From contig JBITNC010000001.1 of assembly GCA_050084985.1 (NCBI GenBank), forward strand, positions 114,266,001 to 114,330,000: DNA of 64,000 nt, written 5' to 3'. This DNA comes from Nageia nagi. Its lineage: Eukaryota > Plantae > Pinophyta. Below are positions 11,996 to 26,900 of this stretch, one piece after another (the stretch's first letter is position 1; the number at the start of each line of letters is the position of its first letter). Position numbers and translations under genes: made by a program. Under the pieces are notes generated by a model. The model did not search any database. It was given only the letters and a program-made list of their open reading frames with translations, and was not told the DNA's origin.

Positions 11996-14900
11996 GTGAG
12001 TCTCAAAACATAATGTTACCGAATTTTAACATAGAAACAGAAATTTCGTCTTATGGATGCCTTAATACTAGATCAATGGAATTTCTGAATCATATGTATA
12101 TAACTGTAGTTATGTGTGTTTAGATCCTTTTCAAGAATAGAATTCACAAGTGTTTAGCTTGGATTATATTAAACTCCGATTTATATGCCAAGATACTTCT
12201 GCTGTCAATGGAAATGATGATCCATTTCATACTAGGAATCATCTTATTTCTGTTATCCAATAAGTTATGAGAACATATATTTAGTGGCTGTATATGTTTT
12301 GATTTTGAACATATTTAACCAAATTCAGGATATGTGATGTTGCAATGCAGTTTGCTTGGATGGAACTCTGCCAGCCTATCGTATCAGCAGAGGTTTTGGT
12401 TTAGGAATAAATAATTGGCTTCTACAGTTTGAGGTAAGTTATACAATGTTAACCAAATCTGCTGAAAATAAAATTCAATTTACCCTGGTGGGAGGTGCCT
12501 GAATCTTGGGTTGGGCTGAACACCATCATAGTTTTGCAAAACTGCTTGTAATTTCGTATAGAGGCATTTGTACATGATCACGTAGCATTTATTGTGTCAG
12601 TTATAAGCAGTAATTGCAATCATGTGCAAAGGGCTAGTAACTATAACGTCATTAATGGCTTTCATAAGGCTGCTATGTGTCTTGAGACTTGATTCTGGTG
12701 AGAGTAAATGCTGAGATATTCCTATGTACAATGTAACAATGGTATTTTTTTATTGGTCTGGGGTAATGACGGCGAACAGGGCGGAGGATGGTGTAACGAT
12801 ACGGCATCTTGCATTGCGAGGAAGACAACTCACAGGGGTTCATCCAAATATATGGACAAACAAGCTGTTTTCTCCGGCATCTTGAGCAATAAACGTTCGG
12901 AAAATCCAGGTGAGTAGGGCACTTTTTATTTTCCTCTATCAAAATTTAAGTTTTACCTTCAATAAATGTATACTACTAAGATTTAAGTATATCACAAAAT
13001 CCTTTAAAACTTTTCATGGTTTTGGTGGTTTCACTTTCCACTTTCAGTATTTCGGTTTTGAAGTCTCCTGACACATTTTCTTGGTGTTCGAAAGGTCTAC
13101 ATGTCCTTCAGAGGTTAATTGTCGTTTTCTTTCATGCCCAGAATATGAAATTAAGGGGTTGCAGCAACTGTGCCAGTGGATGTGAAACCTCAGAACATGT
13201 TTCTTGTTTGTTTCTTTCATGTGATGTCTGCCATCCTAATTTGGGTTACTTTTCCTAGGGTAACGGTCCTTCACATGTCATTGGAATTCAGGCACCGTCG
13301 AAGCCAGAATTTAAAATATTCACTGGTCAGACGGAGGCTTTCTTCTAGCGGGAGCTTATTACTGTTTGGCCCTCTCTAACCAAGTAAAAGGGATGTGTGA
13401 CTCTGCTTGTCTATAGCAATAACAGTTGACCCATGTTTGAATGTATTGGTAACTATGAGCTATTCCCTACAAAGACTGAAAGTAGGTTCCCTGTTTTCAA
13501 GGTTTTGATTCAAACTCCAAGTAATGGTGGTCACGCTCAGCTCGAGTCCAGAGGAAAACCCTGCGGGAGTTCGCCCCACCTACACCAGGATCTAGACTCA
13601 ATGCAACTTGTTGGTTGAGAATTTTCTGGGGATTTAACTCTTTTAGGGCAAAAACAAAGGTCTACAAATCAAAGAAACAAGATTAGCCAGCCTGCAGCGG
13701 ATGCACGCAAGACAGAGAACAAAGCCTCTTCCTTATTGATGACAGTGTTTACGTGTTTACCTATTGGATTATACTTTTCCATGCCATTAGAATTTAGGTA
13801 GCTTGTTTAAGTAATGCTTTTCTTCTTCTTAAATGGAAGGTATCTCTCCATAGCTCCATTGTCTGTCATCAAAACTCAAAAGTTTGGGTTTTACTGTCCC
13901 GTAAATCATAAAACAATTTCCTTTCTGTACACAGGAAGTTTAAAATAATGTCTATATTGGCACCAAAGAGATGCCATCAACCTTTCCACAGGATTTATTA
14001 ATAGGTAATTCACAATGAAATGGTTTAATAGAGATGGTAACTTCAAATAGCGTTTCTGTGCCAAAAGTCGTGAGTGCTCCAAGACCAGAACTACCCTACA
14101 CAACCGGTTTACATTGAGTAGTCTGTCATGATGCCCATCATCATGTATACCACCTCCTACTCCTCAGACCACTTCCCTAAAACTGGCTTCTATGGTTAAT
14201 CGGCATACCCTTTTCTTATGTATGCGTCTGCATGAATGCCACAGACGACAATCATTATTCATGTGTAATATGAGAAACCAGATAGCCATTTTAACAGCTT
14301 TCTGACTGACAACATAAGATCTAAATATGCAAACGCATTCCAATTTTGATGGGATAAAATGACAATAGTGAGATATGCAGGTTGGTTCATTTTGTGAATA
14401 AATTACTGGGAAAGTCTTTCTCAATGACATATCATCCACATCAAACATGAAAGTTTTGTAATAAATGGCTGGCCATTTTAACCAATTGTTCAGAATTAGA
14501 ACACGGTAAAACAATTCTCTTGCATTAGGAACCAGTCACTGAAGGGATTATACAAGTTGGTTGATGCTTAGCCGAGTTACTATGCCACAAGAAAATCACT
14601 TTTGAGTAGTAGCATACCTAAACTTTCTCCATCCATGCTACATTCATTGCATTTGTTGGAAACAAAATAGGACAGAGATCATTTTGGATTAATTTCATAA
14701 TCAAATACCGTTCTTGCATCATAAATTTATCACAAGTACAACTACTCATAAAAGAGATCTAAGTTCCCCCTACTTAGAAACTGCCCAGTTACTTCTCTTG
14801 TAATTGTTCCGTATATAACTAGGGAAGTTTTCATCTCCTTTTATGTTTTTTTAACCTCTTGGGGGCTTTCTTCACCATTGTCAAAAGTCCTTATTTATAG

Positions 14901-17900
14901 GGTTACATGTAGGCTTGTAGCTGCTTCTGTATTAGATTACAGACTTGATTGTTGCAAATTATCAAGATAGGCCACATACATTAAATTCAGCTAATCAAGA
15001 ACTTCACAATTCCAAATTATTTCTTCCCTAGCCGCAACAATGTGTTTATATTCTACCTTAGTAGACCAGAAGAGAAGTAGTGAACTGCTTCTTGCCTAAC
15101 CAAACATCACCTCCTGAACCAAGAGAATAGACGATCTTGAACTGTTCATCATCTTGATTAGTTATCCAACTAACATCAACCATGCACAAATACTGTAGAT
15201 AGATATGATAAGCTGTAATACAAGTGTACATATTTTAGTAAATTGTTTTTTTTTAAACTCATCTCTATGTTAACAACCATGTCAATATCTCTGCAAACTT
15301 AAAGTTACTAACATGTAACATTAGAAGTGTTATTTTTCGTATTACATTCCTTTTATACAGCATATTCCAGATGTTAATTGCTGCAAGCCTCCTTGTAAGT
15401 CTTATTATAACAAGCATCCATGGCTTTAGTCATAAGAGTTCAATGTATACCTTAAATAGGGTTGATAAGGTGTACTGCAAGTCTATATTTAGTTAGTAGT
15501 TTTCTTTCGACTCATCTTCTCATTAGTAACCATGTCAATATGTCTGCAAGCATACATAAAGTATTAGCACAACTCTAGAAGAATAAGTCTTCGTAAAGGG
15601 ATTACATGTTTTTTGTGCAGCATATTCCCACTATTCTCCTTGTAAATCTTAGTATAACAAGCATCCATGACTTTAGGCCATCAGAGTGAAGTGTATACAG
15701 TTCATTTATGCGCAAATCTTGTGCTTCCAAGAATAAGCTCAAATATGCCCAGAGAAATTACCAGTGAAGCTTAATGCTACAATTGTAAGATGGGTCTTGT
15801 CCATGGCACCACAGAGATCAAGGTATGGAAGTTAAGAAAAGTCTTTTCCATCCATTTGCAGACTTGAAATTTTCCATGTGATATACTTCTAAATACACAT
15901 CCTTAATAAACACCATGCTTACAAGAAAGAAGATAAAACCATGAACCTTAGTTTATGTACTCATTGACTGAAATCTTCTGTTCATGGAACTCAAATTTTG
16001 ATGCTAAATTTGCTATCATCATCAGCTTAAGCAATATAGGTAAAAACTAATTTGGGAAGATGGAGTTGATTTTTAAGGTTGTAGGGTTTAATTTCCTCAT
16101 CTATGTACTAAAACATGATGACATTAATGCTCTGATCAGTAGTATCAATGTCCTTAATAACGATATCATCAGGCCAAATGCTACTTTCTTGCCTATTTGT
16201 GTCCTTGTTTACTGCTATTCCTCAAGCTAAAACATTGAGGCCTCAAGTCTCCCACGATAATCTATTTTTCAAGTTGATGAACTAGAGCAGTATTGAACTT
16301 TGCAAACATTTCTCAAGACATTTCATGCTGCAAAAGGAGGGTTTTTATGATGATATGGTGAAGAAGATCGTCTGAAACAATAAAATCCAAGCCTCATTCA
16401 TATAATTCAAAAGTTTCAACTTTGCTTTGTAATCACCTTGAGGATCTTTCTGAATGTGGCAAGGTTTTTGCAACTTGAACATTTATCCACCTCCATTTCA
16501 TGAAGTCCTTAATGTTGCATAGCAAACCTTACCATGTTCAGACAAGAAATAAAAATGAAAGAGAAGGAGAAAATAACATTGTCAGTCAAATCCAAAGTAG
16601 CACAACAAACCTAAAGGAATATACTTGTTAAAAGAACCCTCCAAACCATAGATATGACCAAGCCAACCTTTATCTTGATTGTTGTCACTGATTTAGGGTT
16701 GTCACCAATCATCATCCTACTCAGCTGAACTATTTCATGAGCTATGTAGTCAATTATTATAATTTCTCCTTTTCTGATGCTACGAAAGTATAGCAAATTA
16801 AAGCATGCTCTAAATCACGTACCATCTGTCCTCAAATGTTTGGTACCAAAGTAAATAATATCCTTCAATAAGAAAAGCATAATCATAGAGTTGGTTTTGA
16901 CTTCCACATCAATTGAAGAATATTGAATCTTAACTTTTGAAGCTATGCTGATGGCCTCTTCCTCAACAGTGTTATTGGCTATCACATCAAGACACTTTCA
17001 AAGCCAAAACCATAGTAGTCGAACTCTGTGAGTTTGGCAAGTAGTCATGAGTAATCTCACCAAGCAAACCAAAACAAGTACTCACATTCAACTTGCGAGT
17101 TGTTAAGGATGCTTGAGTTTCTGTCAGCTTTGTAGTTGAATTGCAAGTTTGATGGGTTACAAATTTTACCTAGTTATTTGAAAAGATGAATATTTAATAT
17201 TTTTCTAATTTGCATGTTTTGTCGAGTTTATAGCAGAAATTCTTCCGAGCCCAAGTTTTTCCAAGCCAGAGGCTAGCTGAATTTTAGCTTGAATCTGAGT
17301 CTAACTACTCCAGCCATGGCCCACTTATTGTTCCAATCACTAATTCCATCATGCCTCATTGATATCCAGGATGACATACATTGGCATTCAAATTCTTAAT
17401 ATGTCCTGATGCTTGAACTACTGATTTGATAAGCTCCATTGGCAATCAGTTTTCACTTCATTAGCAAGGATATTGATTACAATAATAAAGACAGGAGCAT
17501 GCAAATAATAGGAACTTAAACAGAAGGACAATAGAATATATATATAGCAATTCTAGTGGTGAGAAAAACATATTGCTTGATGTTCGCTAACAGGTTTCAA
17601 TGTTGTTTGCATGTATCTTTCTTGAACTTTTCTAAGTTTCTTTCTTGCTACAATAATATTCTATTCTAATGCTATTAATAGTTTTCATGTTGACGCATGT
17701 AACAGACTTCTATAATTGGAATAGGGTTAAACTTATGTATTGTGATGGTGCCTCTTTTGCTGGGGATGTGGAAGATAAGGTGTGTGATATATGATGACCT
17801 AAGTTCTCTTAAGCAAAATTTGAAGTTATTATTTACAAAACATTGTGTCTTTATGTATTGATATGTGAAAATTCATTCCTAAAAGTATTCACGTTATCAA

Positions 17901-20900
17901 ATCTTGAAATATGGAATTTTATGTTCAACAGATTGTTTTGGATTAGCACAAATGGAATTCTGCAAATTTTTAATTGAGATGTACTCTGAAGCCACAAATT
18001 CTATTAAACACGTAAATAATATTTGCAAAAGAAGTTAAAAAGAGGTGCATAATATATATAGTTTATTTTTAAATTATATTACTTTATGTTGTTTTTGTTT
18101 CCCCCACATATTAGGATAGGCTTGCTGAGTCTAGGAGTTAGATTCACCAAACTTCTTAGGTTTGCAAGGACTAGCAGCACCTCAGTATGATTTTTGCTTA
18201 TTCTGGGGTTGATCATGGAATGTCAACACGAAACAGATAGGTCATGGCAGTGCCAGCTTTTTAGCATTACAGTTCGGTGTAGTAGGTGCTATAGCTCACC
18301 AGTCTTTAGACTGAGCATCTGATAACATATAAAGAATGTGCACTATATGTATTTCAGGCAGTTAAAGACTTAGAAGTCTAATCATCTACACCTATTAACC
18401 TGGTGAGTCCATGATGTTAAGTACCTAGAAGGCCTTTACTTGTTGAAAGAAGGGGAAATATCTTGTTGAAAAGAAGGATCCAATGGATGCGTATTCTCAA
18501 CTATGGAAGGGGCCTCCAACTGAAAATATCTTTCAACTGTTGTGAAAATATGATCATTAACTAATGGGTGTAATAAAGAAGCCACATGGTCTAGACTCTA
18601 AAGAATGCTTCACAAGGAAAGACCAAGAAAGTGAATCCTTATGACATACCTCATAAATAGTCTCCATTTTTGTAGCAATTGGAGTAGCCAATTGTGACTA
18701 TCTACCAAAATCATCAACTGAAGTCTCCCATACATGAAGTAATTATTTTGAAGTGCACAGCAAATGGAGTCCTCCTCCTTACCATAATTATCATCATGAT
18801 TAAATGATGAAGTGAGCAAATGGGATGTAAAATGATCTTGTGTAGAACCCTCAGCAACACATGCCTTCCTGACTCTAATATCACCCTTTTTCTACACATA
18901 AGATACCATGGAATCATATTAGAATAAAACCTCAAAAATAATCTTATTATCTTGATTCTTCATAAGTAATACGAGATGTAAAAATCAAACCATTCAAATG
19001 TTCATGGCTAAGGGAATTCGATATATATTTGGAAGCATAAGACATCAAAATCTGCTCCTCCCCTATGAGGTCTTATTTTTCTTCTTCCTTGCTAACTTCT
19101 TCTTTTATATTGTAGTTATAACCCTTGTGGCAGTCTCTTGCTTGAAAATATTGCCAATCAATCTTGCTTTCTTCTATGTTGACCAATCTTTACTCTCTCC
19201 TAGAATATTTTTCCAAAAAACATCCTTTTGAATTCTATCCAAGTGGATCTTGATCTCTAGTCTTCAACTCATAAATGAACCAATTTAAATAATTAGCATC
19301 CAACTGAGTGAGTGTCTTGTAAACCTTACCTTAAACTAAATTTAAAGCCTTGTACAATTTTAGTAAAGTTTCCATCATGGCTAACTATTTTCTAGGGTTT
19401 TCTCCATTAAATTCACATGAGAGAGCTTTGGTATCGGGATATTCTTAGGCTAAGTGATGAGAGATCGAAAACCACTTTAATATCATTGTATTTGAAATCA
19501 TAATCATCATAAATTTTAGGTTTTCTTTTCCATGATGATGCTTTGGATATTATTCGTCTTGTTATGTATACCACTTGCTATAATAACGAGTGCAAGGCTT
19601 CTTTGCTATTGTTTTTGAGTGTAAATAATCTCTCATCATATTAGTACCAAAATCAAAATTGGAATTAATGTCATATCTCGTTTATTTATGTCCATTGAAT
19701 TTCTTCATGTATCTTACCTTATCTATGAGAAAATATTGCCAATCGATCTTGCTTTCTTCTACATTGACCAATCTTTACTCTCTCTAGTTGATCTAGGGTT
19801 ATGCATTATCAATTGTCTTTTATTATATTTTTCCAAAAAACATCCTTTTGAATTCTATCCAAGTGGGTCTTGATCTCTACTCTTCAACTCATAAATGATC
19901 CAATTTAAATAATTAGCATCCAACTCATTGAGTGTCTTGTAAACCTTACCTTGAACTAAATTTAAAACCTTGTACAATTTTAGTTAAGTTTCCATCATGG
20001 CTAACTATTTGGTAGGGTTTTCTCCATTAAATTCACATGAGAGAGCTTTGGTATTGGGGTATTCTTTGGCTAAGTGATGAGATCGAAAACCACTTTAATA
20101 TCATTGTATTTGAAATCATAATCATCATAACTTTTAGGTTTTTTTTTTCCATGATGATGCTTTGGATATTATTTTCCTTGTTTTGTATACCACTTGCTAT
20201 AATGAGTGCAAGGCTTCTTTGCTATTGTTTTTGAGTGTACATAATCTCTCATCATATTAGTACCAAAATCAAAATTGGAATTAATGTCATATCTCGTTTG
20301 TTTATTTCCATTGAATTTCTTCATGGATCTTACCTTATCTATGAGAGAACCTTCATTCTTCTTCTACTAGTATTCCCTTTCTTTGGCTCTTTCTATTGAA
20401 TCATAAACCTCTTCATTTCATTCATTCACATTGCGATGAAAATTCTCTTTGCTCTACTGTTATTTCCTTTGTGAAATTTGGTATCATGATGAATGTAAAT
20501 TCATATAGCCTTTTTCTTTCCATATTCCTATCTACTTGAGTACACTGTTTGTGTTTTCATTCTATTTTCAGTTTTGTTATGATGCTACAAATATGAAAAG
20601 GGAAATATTGTAGAAATGTAATGTATATCGATTTGAAACAGGAAAATGACAACTATCTAGTGGAAATAACAGAGCATGCGTTGATAAATAGAACACGAAA
20701 TAGCAACAATAAGCAGATAAGGATAGGATTTTACTGAATAATAACAGAATCCTAGGCCGCTTCGAGGGGGCTACCTCCTTACACTCCAAAAGTGAAAAAT
20801 AATGTTCAAGATCCATTTCTCCACACACTTCTACCTATTTATAATAAACTAACCCTAACTCTAATAGTAATGCAAAATCGGGCCCTGCCCTTACAATCAC

Positions 20901-23900
20901 AATATTATGGTTTACAATATAGGCTGACAATTTAATAAAATACTAATACTAACACTAAAATGTTAGGATGTGGGATCCTAACATGCCACCCCTCTTGGGA
21001 TGAAGCTTTGTCCTCAAAACTTGAAGTGTGGAAATTGTTGCTACAGCTGATGAAGTATTTCCCATGTTGCATCTTCTGGTGCCATGCCTTGTCACTGCAC
21101 AAGAACTTCTGTGATGGAGCAATTACGAAGCTACCATGAACATTGATTCAGAACTGCCTTAGGTACAACTGCCTTAGGTAATTGTGTCTGAACCCAAACC
21201 TTCGATCCAACCACTTTCTTGAGACAAGAGACATGAAACATTGGGTGAATCTTGGAAAAAGCAGGAAGCTTCAATTTGTATGCACTTGGGCCAATGCGCT
21301 GTAACACCTTGTAGGGACCATAAAACTTTGGGGCCAATTTTTGAAGGCCTTTTATTTTTAAGGATTTCTGACGATAAGGTTGTAGCCTCAGAAAGACCAT
21401 GTCATCTACTTGGAACTCTTTTTCCACACGTTGCTGATCAGCCTGTTGTTCATACGGTGTTGGGCTATTTTAAGGTTATCCTTGAGCAAATGACAAATAT
21501 CATCCCAAGTAACTAAAGCTGAATCAATTGCCTGAACTTTATTGATACCTGCAACATACGAGGTGACTATTGGTGGAGCTTGACCATACACTGCTTCATA
21601 GGGGGTCATCTTGCTGGTAGAATGATAAGATGTATTATACCACCACTCAGCCAAGGGAAGCCATCGTACCCAATGCACAGGTTGTGTTGAAGCAAAACAA
21701 CGTAAATATGTTTCCAAACATTTGTTGGCAATTTCAGTCTGACCATCAGTTTGCGGGTGATATGCTAAGCTCATGTTTAGTTGGGTACCTTGCAGCTTAA
21801 AAAGCTCTTGCCAAAAATGGCTTGTAAAAGTGGGATCACGATCACTGACAATCGTCTCTGGCATGCCATGTAGTTTAAACATTGTATCTAAGAATAATTG
21901 TGCCACTGTCATTGCCTTGTAGGGATGAGCCAATGAACCAAAATGAGCATATTTGGATAACCAATCAACCACCACTAGAATAATTGATTTACCATTGGAT
22001 TTAGGAAGGCCTTCAATGAAATACATTGAGATATCGATCCATGTACGAGTAGGTATGGGAAGAGGTTGAAGGAGTCCTGGAGTACCCATTGTCTCACCCT
22101 TTTGTTGTTGACACACATCACAAGTTGCCACAAATTGCTTGATATCCATTTTCATACTTGCCCAATAGAACAACCGTGCCACCCGCTTATAAGTTTTCAA
22201 AAATCCGTCATGTCTTGATGTAGGTGTGGAATGCAATTCGGCAAGCATTTCTAATTTACATTTTGAAGGAGATGGTAACAAAATTCAGCCTTTGAATCTC
22301 AAAATACCATCATGCCATGTGTGCTGTGGTTTACTCGTGGGGTCTTGAGTGATTTGTTTTAAAAATTCTTGGGTGGAGCTATCTTTTGCCCACTCTTGTT
22401 TAACTTTATCCAACCATTGAGGAATAGGAGACAAAAGAGCTTGCAATGCTACTTGATCTTCAAATTTTTTGGATAGAGCATTGACAACCACATTCTTTTT
22501 ACCTTTACGTTATACTATCACATAATCATACCTCAGTAGTTTGGTCACCCATTTTTGTTGCTCAGACGTAGAAATGCGTTGCTCAATGAAAAATTTCAAA
22601 TTGTGATGATCCGTGAGGTTGATGAAATGGCAACCAATGAGATATGGTCTCCAGCGTTGAACTGCATGAATGATGGCAAGCATTTCTTTTTCATAAGTGG
22701 ATTTACCCAAATTTTTACTAGAGAGTGCTCTACTAGTGAATGCCAAGGGATGCCCCTCCTGCATCAATACTGCCCCGATTCCTACTCCACAAGCATCACT
22801 TTCTATCACAAAGGTTTTAGAAAAATCTGGCATCGCTAATACCGAGGTGGTATACATCGCCTCCTTGAGCTTAAGGAAAGCTACCTCAGCTTGAGGGGAC
22901 CATTGGAATGCATTCTTTTTCAACAACATGGTTAGAGGTGCTGCAATTTTGCCATAATCCTTCACAAATTTCCTATAGTAGCCTGTCAACCCCAAGAATC
23001 CTCAAAGACTTTTCAAAGATGTACGAATAGACCAGTTCTGCATGTCAGTAATGTTTTGTGGATCCACCTTATCTCTCTCTTCGGATATAATATGGCCTAA
23101 GTAGTCAATTTTCCTCTTGCCAAATGAACATTTTGATTTTTTTGCATATAATTGATGTTCTTTCAAAATTTGTAAGGTTTGGTCATGTGCCAGATGTTCT
23201 TGCCATGTTTTACTGTAGATCAAGATATCATCAAAGAAATCTAAAATGAACTTTCTGAGGAACGGACGAAACACTTGATTCATTAAACTTTGAAATGTGG
23301 ATGGAGCATTTGTGAGGCCAAAAGGCATGACCAGGAACTCATAATGGCCCTCATGAGTGCGAAATGCAGTTTTTGGTATATCCTCCTCCATGAGGCGGAT
23401 TTGGTGATACCGAGATCGCAGGTCCAACTTGGAGTGTGTTGATTCACAGGAAGGTTCTTGAAAATGTGCTCTATGTTCCTAAGCTTAGGATGAACCTTCT
23501 CTTTATGATTCAAGTTGCAAGAAAAGGGTACTCTTTTGAGTTCGATTCTCAATTCTAGTGCATTAAGAAAGGACTTGCCACATTGGTTAAAGGGTCAGTG
23601 AAAGATGATCTCTATGTTATGGATCAAGTTCCAACAAAGATGTCTTGCTATGAACGTGTCCTAGAGGCAATCTTTGGCACCAATGTCTAGGGCACCTTAA
23701 CCACAAGTGTATTCAAGTCATGAAAGACCAAGAACTTGTGAAAGGTTTGCTTTCAATTTCTTCTTCGGTTGGTCTATGGGAGAGGTGCATTCTTGGCAAG
23801 ATGCATAGACAAAAGTTTGAAAAAGATAAAGCAACAAGAGCATCTCAACTTCTTCAACTTATGCATTCAGATTTGATGGGTCCATTTCAGACTAAGGCGT

Positions 23901-26900
23901 TTGGAGGAGCATCTTACATCTTGACCTTTATCGATGATTTTAGTAGAATGACTTTTGGCTATCTTCTTGAGCACAATGATCAAACCTTTGAGAGTTTTAA
24001 GGATTTTAAGGTCTTTGTTGAGAATCAGACTAACTTCAAGATCAAGATGTTGAGATCAGATAATGGGGGAGAATACAATAGCAATGAGTTCAATGACTAT
24101 TGTGTTAAGTATGGAATCAAGAGATAGTTTACGATTCCTTACACTCTTCAGCAGAACAATGTTGCCGAAAAGAAAAATAGAACAATTATGGAAATGGCTA
24201 GATGCATGTTGGGTAATCTTCTTAGTTTCTTGTGAGTTGAAGCCGTGAGCATTACTATTTACACCTTGAATAGATGTCCCACAAAAGCTGTTCAAGGTAA
24301 AACTCCTTTTGAGGCATGGTCAGGACGAAGACTTAACATTTCTCACCTTAGGGTGTTTGGTTGTGAAGCATTCTCCTACATTGTTTCTGAGAAAAGGAAA
24401 AAGTTGGACAAAAGAGCTGAAAAATGCATCTTTATGGGTTATGACAATCAGCATAGAGGCTACAGACTCTACTCTCCATTCTACGAAGCTGTGTTTGTTT
24501 CAAAGGATGTAAAGTTTAATGAAATTCCTGAAGAATTTGCCTCTAATGAGAATGTTGATGATCCAGGTGACTCGTCAGTTGCTCCTAGCTTGTTGGATAT
24601 TGATATAAACAAGTTACTTCTGGAACAAAACTCTCCAACACAAAAGGTAACAAAGAATATGACCTTGAACAAATCCTTATTTGCCAAGATTGACAACAAG
24701 TATGAGCCCTCATCTTTCAAAGAAGCTTCAAAGCACGAGTGCTAGATGGAAGCCATGAAATTGGAGTATGAGGTGCTTATGAAAAATGAAACTTGGGACT
24801 TGATTCCTTATCCCAATGAGAAAAATGTGATTGACAATAAGTGGATTTATAAGGTCAAGTTTAATTCTGTTGGGGATATTGAGAAATACAAGTCAAGGTT
24901 AGTAGCCAAAGGTTTTGCTTAGAAATACGGTGTAGATTATGAGGAAACCTTTGCTCTCGTGGCAAAGATGTTTATTATGAGAATTATTCTTGCTCTTTAT
25001 GCAGCTCAAGGATGGAAAATTTTTCAACTTGACGTCAAGAGTGCATTTCTCAATGGTGAGTTAGATGTGGAAATCTTCATGAATCAACCAGAAGGGTTCA
25101 TTGTGGAAGGCAAAGAGTCCTTTGTGTGCAAGCTAAAGAAGTCATTATATGGACTTAAATAAGCACTTAAAACTTGGTACAAGAAGATTTCAGGGTACTT
25201 TGCAAACATTGGATTCTCCAAGTGCATTTTTGAATTTGATTTATATGTGCTCAATTAGAGAAAAGATGTGGTCTTGATTTTCCTTTATGTGAATGATCTT
25301 TTGATTACTGGGAACAATAATGGAATCATTCAAGAGTGCATATCCAAACTTAAGGCAATGTCTTTTGCACTACTATCTTGGAATGCAAGTGTATCAATAC
25401 AAGGATTGCACTTATCTCAATCAATCTAAGTATATATCAGACCTCTTGCAGAAGTTTGGAATGGAGGAGTGTAGATATGCTGCGATCCTAGTCTCTCCTG
25501 GAATCACTATTTCTCTGAGCTCCAACTCTCAGTTGGCTGATGCTACAGCTTACAGGCAATTAATGGTAGTCTTTTGTATTTGACTATTTTCAAGCCAGAT
25601 ATTGCCTTTGCAGTAAATCTAATGGCACGATTCATGTAGAAACCATATGTTGAGCATCTCAATGTTGTTAAGCAAATCTTGAGGTATGTTGCAGGGACTA
25701 AGGATCTTGCTCTCAAGTATTCTAAGTTGCCATCGTTTGTTCTCTTTGGATTCTCAGATTCTAACTATGGGGGAGATAGAGATGATAGGAAATCAACCTT
25801 TGCGTATGTGTTTAGCTTTGGTTTAGGTGCTATCTCTTAGGCTTCCAAGAAGTAGCTTACTGTTTCTCTTTTCACCATAGAAGCTGAATACTTTGCCATG
25901 TCTGTTGCAACCCAAGAAGCCATTTGGCTAAGGCATCTTCTGAAAAAAAATGGGTATGAGCAAGGTGGCTCATCTTTGATTTTTTCAGACAATCAATTGG
26001 CGATCTCTTTGGCTAAGAATCTTGTGTTCCATCAGAGAACAAAACATGTGAAAATTTAGGCATATTTTATCAGGGAGAAGGTTCTTGATGACATCATACA
26101 CTTGGAGTATTGTCCATCCACCTTGAACTCCGCTGATTTGTTCACCAAGCCCCTCTTGAAGCTCATTTCTGTAAGCTTAGGGATGCTACCAGGTTGGTGA
26201 AATTGCTCTCAAGGGAGAGTGAAGTTTGAATTCTTGTGTTGAATTCATGTTTGTGATGACAACTTCACCTCTAAGAGGATTTTGTGTTGTATAGTGTTGT
26301 TTTGGTTGTACACTTTCATGATAAGTTGGCTCTACATGAGGAACTTGTACAAATTTTAGAGTAAAAAGATTGGCCAATATAGCACTGTTCAATTATCCAT
26401 GTGTGATAAACTCTTATGTGTCTTTTGGCATTGTTCAATTATCCATATATGAGGAACTCGTATGTGCATGCTCTATTTTGTAATGATAATCAACAGATGT
26501 TTTATATATAGCAGGTGACTGAATTTTTTGGCTTGGCATTTTCATGATGACTTATAGTGCACCATTGATTAGTTTATGATGGCATTTGTTTGATTCATCT
26601 ATCCTTGTTGATATGAATATGTTGCATCTAACTGATTTTGTTATTTGAGCTGCTTATGATTTGCAAGTTCCTTTGAGATTGCAGGTTACTTCAGGTAGCT
26701 CTTGGAGACTCTTCATGACTTCCAATTGGATGACTACTTCATGTACATTGAAACTGGTTGTGGTTAATGATTGTATTTGGCAAAGTAGTGAGTCTCAAAT
26801 TAGATCTTTCTTACTTCACATATATTTAAAAAGTTCTCATCTCTGTTATATCTGTTTGGATGAGAACTCTCTTACTTTCTTTTTTCCTTCTCTCTTATTC

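Noticed and set aside
11996-12123. Extension of ORF 11791-12123 past exon 1, and similar intron read-through parts of ORFs 12708, 35198, 35308 and 36288
   Set aside because: PAE similarity stops at canonical splice sites; the extensions are intron sequence.
16240-16450. Possible copia gag remnant on the minus strand in intron 3 ([15 protein letters not shown])
   Set aside because: Too short and degenerate to support as a feature by eye.
18600-20983. LTR 20575-20983 shared as the 5' LTR of the downstream gag-PR remnant (tandem element)
   Set aside because: No PBS follows the LTR on the minus strand (AAACTGAAAATAG), and the gag remnant is far more decayed than the pol region.
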